This document shows positions 63,505 through 64,000 of a DNA stretch of 64,000 nucleotides, in pieces; positions within the stretch are counted from its first letter, which is position 1, and each line of letters starts with the position of its first letter. A model generated the notes under the pieces. The model saw only the letters and a program-made list of their open reading frames with translations, had not been told where the DNA came from and did not search any database. Location: NCBI GenBank assembly GCA_946613885.1, contig CAMOGA010000003.1:11764-75763 (forward strand), given 5' to 3'. The position numbers and the translations under genes are program-made. This stretch comes from an uncultured Pseudomonadota bacterium. Lineage in GTDB: Bacteria; Pseudomonadota; Alphaproteobacteria; Rs-D84.

Positions 63505-63513
63505 TGATATAAT
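63505..63513 (+). promoter_or_regulatory. extended -10 element (TGnTATAAT)
   Basis: TGATATAAT at 63505-63513. This places the real start of the next gene at ATG 63544 rather than 63514. Confidence 0.45.
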
Positions 63514-63543
63514 ATGTTCGAAACAAATCAGGAGATACAAGAA

Positions 63544-63771
63544 ATGACATTTTTTGAAAAGTTGGGTAAGGTATTAAGTGCGAACATTGCGTATACTGTG
63601 ATATTAGTTTTTGGATTGATTTTATTTTTATATTTCGCCGATGGCGATTTTATTGCTGGTATATTTACTGCGATATCTGCGTTGGTCATATATGTATGCA
63701 TCACGTTGTTGTATCAAGAATATAAAAAAATGCCTGAAAAGACATCTGGCAAGAAAGTTAAAAAACGTTAA
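63544..63771 (+). CDS. small two-TM membrane protein
   Basis: AGGAG RBS 8 nt upstream of ATG 63544. Two hydrophobic helices, basic tail. Confidence 0.6.
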   Translation: MTFFEKLGKVLSANIAYTVILVFGLILFLYFADGDFIAGIFTAISALVIYVCITLLYQEYKKMPEKTSGKKVKKR

Positions 63772-63800
63772 AATCGTTGTTTACAGAGATTTGGTCAGTT

Positions 63801-63816
63801 TTCCTTCCTTCCTTCC
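63801..63816 (+). repeat. (TTCC)4 microsatellite, inverted relative to 62547-62565
   Basis: TTCCTTCCTTCCTTCC inside a GGTC...GACC hairpin. Confidence 0.85.
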
Positions 63817-63825
63817 GACCAAAAT

Positions 63826-63852
63826 AAAATGTCCCCGTTTGGGGACATTTTT
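63826..63852. terminator. bidirectional terminator
   Basis: AAAATGTCCCC-GTTT-GGGGACATTTTTTTT. Confidence 0.8.
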
Positions 63853-63857
63853 TTTAT

Positions 63858-64000
63858 TTATTTTTTTGTATGCGTTGCGCATATGAAAATAATTGCGCCA
63901 GTGATAAACATTATTCCAGACAATGTTTGTCCCAATGTTAATCCCCACGATGTTAAAAAGCCTATTTGTGCATCGGGTTGACGGAATTGCTCGCAAAATA
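63858..64000 (-). CDS. 3' end of a minus-strand gene extending beyond the window (membrane-protein-like tail)
   Basis: The minus-strand frame reads ...FRQPDAQIGFLTSWGLTLGQTLSGIMFITGAIIFICATHTKK* with its stop at 63860-63858. Track ORF 63781..63996 is in a different, less protein-like frame. Confidence 0.35.
   Translation of the reverse strand, partial: FCEQFRQPDAQIGFLTSWGLTLGQTLSGIMFITGAIIFICATHTKK

Overview
AT-rich chromosomal window from a diderm bacterium. The gene order (ppiD-like/tpiA, lepB-rnc, rpsF-rpsR-rplI) and the many secreted proteins suggest an alphaproteobacterium-like, probably host-associated lineage. That placement is my inference; I ran no search. The housekeeping backbone is rho, rfbC-rfbD, rpsF-rpsR-rplI, secG, lepB-rnc, comM/yifB, an adk-like kinase, grpE, tpiA, a ppiD-like chaperone, recO, a dsbA-like oxidoreductase, polA, pth, rpsB-tsf and tyrS. 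RNA genes are tRNA-Pro(UGG), tRNA-Leu(AAG), tRNA-Arg(UCU) and a promoter-to-terminator structured RNA that looks like 6S RNA. Between these lies a large lineage-specific secretome. It includes several families of Cys-rich secreted proteins built from shared modules, OmpA-type and beta-barrel outer-membrane proteins, one apparently active and one apparently dead subtilase autotransporter (the latter with an ankyrin head), GH108-like muramidases, and a MotA/MotB-like stator pair with atypical domain placement. The most unusual region is 50.7-59.1 kb. Thirteen tightly packed same-strand small genes (three multi-copy families plus singletons) wrap around rpsB-tsf. They are separated by a conserved ~45-nt junction that encodes a common C-terminal tail (..ETQQ[N/I]KR*) plus the next ribosome-binding site. 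One cassette is bracketed by 69-nt direct repeats. Three family-A copies carry a ~115-nt GC-rich, adenine-depleted patch with adenine-free scaffold codons and NNC variable codons. That pattern resembles the footprint of adenine-directed (DGR-like) diversification, but no reverse transcriptase or template repeat is present in this window, so it stays a hypothesis. Both tRNA-Pro and tRNA-Arg are followed by tandem ~190-235-bp repeats that restart with the tRNA 3' end, which look like att-type scars. All coordinates, folds and counts were derived by hand from the sequence and the ORF track.
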